Source of the DNA: Gemmatimonadaceae bacterium
GTDB lineage: Bacteria > Gemmatimonadota > Gemmatimonadetes > Gemmatimonadales > Gemmatimonadaceae
Length of the DNA: 64,000 nt
Assembly (NCBI GenBank): GCA_051859245.1
Contig: JBHYGA010000005.1
Coordinates: forward strand, 577,313-641,312
Direction: 5' to 3'
The notes beneath the pieces were generated by a model. It made no database searches. It was not told the DNA's origin and saw nothing but the letters and a program-made list of their open reading frames with translations. Positions within the stretch are counted from its first letter, which is position 1. The number at the start of each line of letters is the position of its first letter. The translations under genes and the position numbers were made by a program. Positions 59,869-64,000 of the stretch are shown one piece after another.

Positions 59869-60771
59869 TTGACAGACGAAACGGGCGTCGACTCTGCCGC
59901 GCAGGCGGCGGCAGCGGCGGCGGCCCGGATGTCCCCCGTGGCGGTCGAACCCGGTGTGCTCTATGTGGTGAGCACACCGATCGGTCACCTGGGGGACATT
60001 TCGTTGCGCGCCTTGCAGGTGCTGCAAACGGTTGACCGCATTTTGTGCGAGGACACGCGGCATGCGCACACGCTGCTCGCGCGCTACGGCATTCGCACGC
60101 CCACCGTCGCGTTGCACGAGCACAACGAAGCGCGTACGGTGCCGTTGGTCCTCGAACAGTTGCGTGGTGGCGCCGCGCTCGCATTGATCAGTGATGCGGG
60201 CACTCCATTGGTCTCAGATCCGGGCGAACGTCTGGTGAGCGCGGTCGCGGCGGCCACAGGGCGAGTGGTGCCGGTGCCGGGCGCATCGGCGGCGCTCTCG
60301 GCGCTGGTGGCTTCGGGACTGCCGGCGCATCCCAGCACGATCCTGGGCTTCGTGCCCCGCAAAGGAAAGGAACGCGACGCCACGCTGCGCTGGGCATCGC
60401 ACTGCCCGCACAGCGTGGCGTTGTACGAATCGCCCAATCGCCTGGCCGACACACTGGGGGATCTGGCGGAGATCGCCGGCCCTGACCGCGAGGCCGTGGT
60501 GGCCCGCGAACTGACCAAACGGTTCGAGGAGTTTCGTCGCGGAACGCTGGCGACACTCGCTGCGTACTACAGCGAGAGCCCTCCCCGGGGCGAGATTGTC
60601 ATTGTTCTGTCAGCCGCACCTGCCGCGGTTGCTCCCACCGAAGATTCCCTGCGCGACACTGTTCGAGCGCTCCGCGCGGACGGGTTGGCGCCGCGGGCCA
60701 TCATGACGTTGCTCATGGAGCGTGAAGGTGTCGCGCGAAATCTTGCCTACCGGTTGGCTCATGATCCGTGA
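59869..60771 (+). CDS. rsmI: 16S rRNA C1402 2'-O-methyltransferase
   Basis: LYVVSTPIG.L.DI, CEDTR, SDAGTP.VSDPG, YESP.R, RELTK.FEE, RGE. Confidence 0.96.
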   Translation: MTDETGVDSAAQAAAAAAARMSPVAVEPGVLYVVSTPIGHLGDISLRALQVLQTVDRILCEDTRHAHTLLARYGIRTPTVALHEHNEARTVPLVLEQLRGGAALALISDAGTPLVSDPGERLVSAVAAATGRVVPVPGASAALSALVASGLPAHPSTILGFVPRKGKERDATLRWASHCPHSVALYESPNRLADTLGDLAEIAGPDREAVVARELTKRFEEFRRGTLATLAAYYSESPPRGEIVIVLSAAPAAVAPTEDSLRDTVRALRADGLAPRAIMTLLMEREGVARNLAYRLAHDP

Positions 60772-61516
60772 TGCGGTCACGCCGCGCATTCGGCTGACGC
60801 GTTCCGTTCTGGGTGCGCTTGCGTGCACCACGATGGCCTTGATTGCGTTCGTACCTAGCGCGTTGAACGCGAACGCGCGCGCCACAGAAGTGACCGTGCG
60901 TGCTGTGCCGCGACTGGCGATTGCGCGATTGCAATACGAAGGTGGCGGCGACTGGTATGCCAATCCATCGAGCTTGCCGAATCTTCTCGCGGCCATTGCA
61001 CAGCGCACGAAAATGCCGGTGGAGCGGACCGAAGCGCGCGTACGGCTGACCGACGAGGCGCTCTTCTCGTACCCGTTTGTGCACGCCACGGGACACGGCG
61101 AGATCAAACTGAACGACGCTGAGATCGCCGCGCTGCGCGATTATCTGGTACGGGGCGGATTTGTGCATGTGGATGACAACTATGGGCTCGACGAATCGTT
61201 TCGCCGGGAGATTGCGCGTGCGTTCCCGGATCGACCGCTCGTTGAAGTGCCGACCAGTCATCCGATCTATCACATGGTCTACGAGTTTCCCGACGGACTG
61301 CCAAAGATTCACGAGCACGACGGGAAACCCGCAAAAGGACTCGGCATCTACATCGGTGGTCGGCTCGCGCTGTTCTACAGCACGTCGAGCGACCTCGGCA
61401 ACGGCTGGGAAGACCCAGGCACACATCCTGCCGATCCGCCGGAGCTTCACGAACGCGCGCTTCGCATGGGCGTCAATCTCTTCATGTACGCTGTCACAAG
61501 CCGAGTGACCCCATGA
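60761..61516 (+). CDS. DUF4159 domain exported protein
   Basis: ARLQY.GGGDWY.NP, TGHG, GGF...DD.YG, HPIY, DLG.GWE, A.RMGVN. Confidence 0.88.
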   Translation: MIRDAVTPRIRLTRSVLGALACTTMALIAFVPSALNANARATEVTVRAVPRLAIARLQYEGGGDWYANPSSLPNLLAAIAQRTKMPVERTEARVRLTDEALFSYPFVHATGHGEIKLNDAEIAALRDYLVRGGFVHVDDNYGLDESFRREIARAFPDRPLVEVPTSHPIYHMVYEFPDGLPKIHEHDGKPAKGLGIYIGGRLALFYSTSSDLGNGWEDPGTHPADPPELHERALRMGVNLFMYAVTSRVTP

Positions 61517-64000
61517 GTGCGCCCACCACGTTGTCGTCACGAGTGCTCGGGGAAACGCGTGCGCTCTCCTCGCGCGCTCGACTCACGCAGTGGCTGGCGG
61601 GTGTCGCGGTGGGTGCGGCGTCGGTGGCAGCGGCGGCTTGGACGCTCTCCGATGGTCGATATCTCACGTGGCCGCGCGCGGTGCCTCTGGTCGTGTGGGC
61701 GTTGATTCTGGTGGGCGTGTACATCGCGTATCGCATCGCGTCGCGTCACGTTCCTGCGCCGGAAAGTACGCAAGCGGTAGCGCACGGCATCGAGCGTGAG
61801 CGAGGATTGCGCCCGGGGTCTTTGCGCGGCGCTCTCGAAATCGCCGACACTGGCGCGCTCGGTGCACGTGCGGCGGCGGATGTCGAGCGATTGCTCGGAC
61901 AACATCCGGTGCTCATGCCCGCCATGCGTCGTCGCTTGTCGCGTTCGGCCATGATCGGTGCGGCGTTCACCGGAGCGGCGGTCGTGCTGCTCACGACTTC
62001 TGCGGTGCGTGCACGCGATGGTTTCGCCGCGATTCTGCATCCGATCGATGCGTGGCGTGGCATGTTGCTGCCATCACTCGCGTTTGACGGATTGCCGTCG
62101 GAAATGCCGCGCGGGATGCCGCTTGTTGTGCGCGTCCGCGCCGAAGGTCGTGCGCAGGTGACGGTGTCGCTACGCGCCGAAGGTGAAGCGTGGCGCGATG
62201 TGGTCGTCCCGATTGATGCGTCGACGTCACTGGCCTCACTGGATGTCGGTCCGGTGCGTTCACCGCTGACACTGCGTGTTGATGATGGTCGTGCACCGGT
62301 GCTTGAGCGGTCAATCGCTGTGGGCGATCGCGGATGGATTGGCGATGTGCAGATCGACGCGGTGTATCCGCCCTACCTCGCGCGCGCCACGGAGCGACTG
62401 GAGCCGGGCAGCGTGTTGCGCGTACCGCGAGGTACTGAACTGCGACTGCAAGCCGTCGCGTATTCCGGCGCGCGTGATGTGGTGCTTGTGTCTGATCGGG
62501 ACACGGTGGCATTTACGGCCATGGGCCCTTCGGCGATTGACGCGCGTATCGTGGTGTCCGGCGATGCAGAGTGGCAGTGGCGTGCAGAGGCGACCGCGCG
62601 TGCCGACGGTTCGCGGCTGCCGGTCGAAGTGCCAGCGCCGCTTGCCATTGCGATGATTCCTGATGGTGCGCCCGAGGTGATTTTCCTTTCGCCGTCAACC
62701 GATACGACGATTGCCAGCGAAGGGAGTATGCGACTGGCGTTGGCCGCGCGTGACGATCATGGCCTGTCGCAGCTTGCGCTCACGATTCAGCGCGAAAAAG
62801 CCGATGGTACGCGTGACGTTACAACGCGTGTTGTGCTCTCCAGTGATGTGGGCCCGATGTGGGACGGCGTGCATGATCTCACCATTGGCGGACGCGGACT
62901 GGAAGCGGGCGACAAGCTCGTGGTGGTGGCGCAGGCGATTGATGATTCGCCGTGGCGCCAGCGCACGGAGAGTCGACGTCTTGTGTTGCGCGTGCCGAGC
63001 GCGGAGGAGCAGCGCAGCCTCGCGCGCGAACTCGCCGATTCGCTGATGTCACGTGCGGCCGCCATTTCGGCGGCTGAGCGCGAGTTGCAGCGCAGTACAA
63101 CCGATGCGTCGCGTTCGCGCGAACTGCAGAGCAACAGTCGCGAAACGCAGAACTCGCCGAGCGGACAGTCGTCGCCGGACGGCGCGAAGAGTGGTGCGAT
63201 GTCGTACGAACAAGCCGAGAAGATGAAGGCGATCGCGCAGCAGCAGCGTGATCTCGGCGATCGTGTGGAAGCGCTGCGTGAAGGCGCCAAGGAATTGGAG
63301 CAGCGTCTGTCTGATGCGGGTGCGATGGACAAGGCGCTGAACGATCGCTTTCAGGAATTGCAGCGCATGTTGCGTGAAGCGATGACTCCCGAAATGCAGC
63401 AGAAGCTGCAGCAGTTGGAGCAGGCGTCTGATCGGTTGAGCGGCAATGAAGTCAAGCAATCGCTGGAGCAGCTGGCGGAACAGCAGCGGCAAATGCGCGA
63501 GCAGCTGGAGAAGTCGGCGGAGATGCTCAAGCGTGCGGCGCTCGAAGGCGCCATGGAAACGTTGCGTGATGAAGCGAAAGAAGTCGCCGCCGCGGATCGC
63601 AAGCTGGCGGATGAACTGTCCAAGTCAAAGCCGCGTGGGAATCAGCGCGAGTCGCAGGCTGGTTCGCAGCCGTCGGCGCAGCAACAACAGCAGCAGGAGC
63701 GCGATGCGCGTCAACTGGCGGATCGCAGTCGTCGCCTGGAGCAGGAAGTTGAGGCGTTGACGGAACGACTGCGCAAGGAAGGGGCGCAGGCGGGTTCGCA
63801 GAAGACGCAGGAGGCGCAGCCGGATGTGCAGACGGCGAGCGATGCAATGCGTCAGGCCGCGGAGCAGATGCGCGCGCGTGACGCGGCGCAGCCGCAGGGG
63901 CAGCAGCAAGGTCAGCCACAGCAGCAGGGTCAGCAGCAGCAGGGGCAGCAGCAGCAGGGGCAGCAGCAGCAGGGGCAGCAGCAGCAGGGGCAGCAGCAGC
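61513..64000 (+). CDS. Large membrane-anchored coiled-coil, Gln-rich protein (DUF4175-like), 3'-truncated by the window
   Basis: ATGA overlap; frame runs to the window end (absent from the ORF track because there is no stop); N-terminal TMs, A.DD.GL Ig-like motif, QQQQG repeats. Confidence 0.8.
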   Translation, partial: MSAPTTLSSRVLGETRALSSRARLTQWLAGVAVGAASVAAAAWTLSDGRYLTWPRAVPLVVWALILVGVYIAYRIASRHVPAPESTQAVAHGIERERGLRPGSLRGALEIADTGALGARAAADVERLLGQHPVLMPAMRRRLSRSAMIGAAFTGAAVVLLTTSAVRARDGFAAILHPIDAWRGMLLPSLAFDGLPSEMPRGMPLVVRVRAEGRAQVTVSLRAEGEAWRDVVVPIDASTSLASLDVGPVRSPLTLRVDDGRAPVLERSIAVGDRGWIGDVQIDAVYPPYLARATERLEPGSVLRVPRGTELRLQAVAYSGARDVVLVSDRDTVAFTAMGPSAIDARIVVSGDAEWQWRAEATARADGSRLPVEVPAPLAIAMIPDGAPEVIFLSPSTDTTIASEGSMRLALAARDDHGLSQLALTIQREKADGTRDVTTRVVLSSDVGPMWDGVHDLTIGGRGLEAGDKLVVVAQAIDDSPWRQRTESRRLVLRVPSAEEQRSLARELADSLMSRAAAISAAERELQRSTTDASRSRELQSNSRETQNSPSGQSSPDGAKSGAMSYEQAEKMKAIAQQQRDLGDRVEALREGAKELEQRLSDAGAMDKALNDRFQELQRMLREAMTPEMQQKLQQLEQASDRLSGNEVKQSLEQLAEQQRQMREQLEKSAEMLKRAALEGAMETLRDEAKEVAAADRKLADELSKSKPRGNQRESQAGSQPSAQQQQQQERDARQLADRSRRLEQEVEALTERLRKEGAQAGSQKTQEAQPDVQTASDAMRQAAEQMRARDAAQPQGQQQGQPQQQGQQQQGQQQQGQQQQGQQQQGQQQ
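63895..64000. repeat. 15-bp coding tandem repeat (cagcagcagcagggg), encoding QQQQG
   Basis: About 7 partly degenerate units at the window end. Confidence 0.9.

Overview
GC-rich (roughly 65% by eye), densely coding bacterial chromosomal segment. Gene content and order suggest Gemmatimonadota (inference only). About 60 CDSs, mostly housekeeping: lepB, sigma70-family factor, yajQ, rimO, hemL, dps, prfA-prmC, tmk, S41 protease, lolA, aroF, smc, rsfS, rpsF-rpsR-DUF2232-rplI, ychF, hppA, ispE-tRNA-Gln-prs-rplY-pth, pdxJ, mce, trxA, rsmI. No transposase, integrase, phage gene or CRISPR array was seen. Most interesting: (1) a UDG-superfamily glycosylase gene between the A and B subunits of a hydantoinase/oxoprolinase, overlapping both; (2) an envelope/chromosome gene run with a metallopeptidase-propeller-Omp85 fusion, a SPOR lipoprotein and a degenerate ParA/MinD-like-TM-SPOR protein directly upstream of smc; (3) several genes that appear to start at CTG overlapping the upstream TGA; (4) a Crp + metallo-hydrolase pair with a near-consensus CRP box; (5) a beta-barrel + His-rich lipoprotein pair; (6) an S6:S18-type leader upstream of rpsF. 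All family calls are from motif recognition, with no database search.
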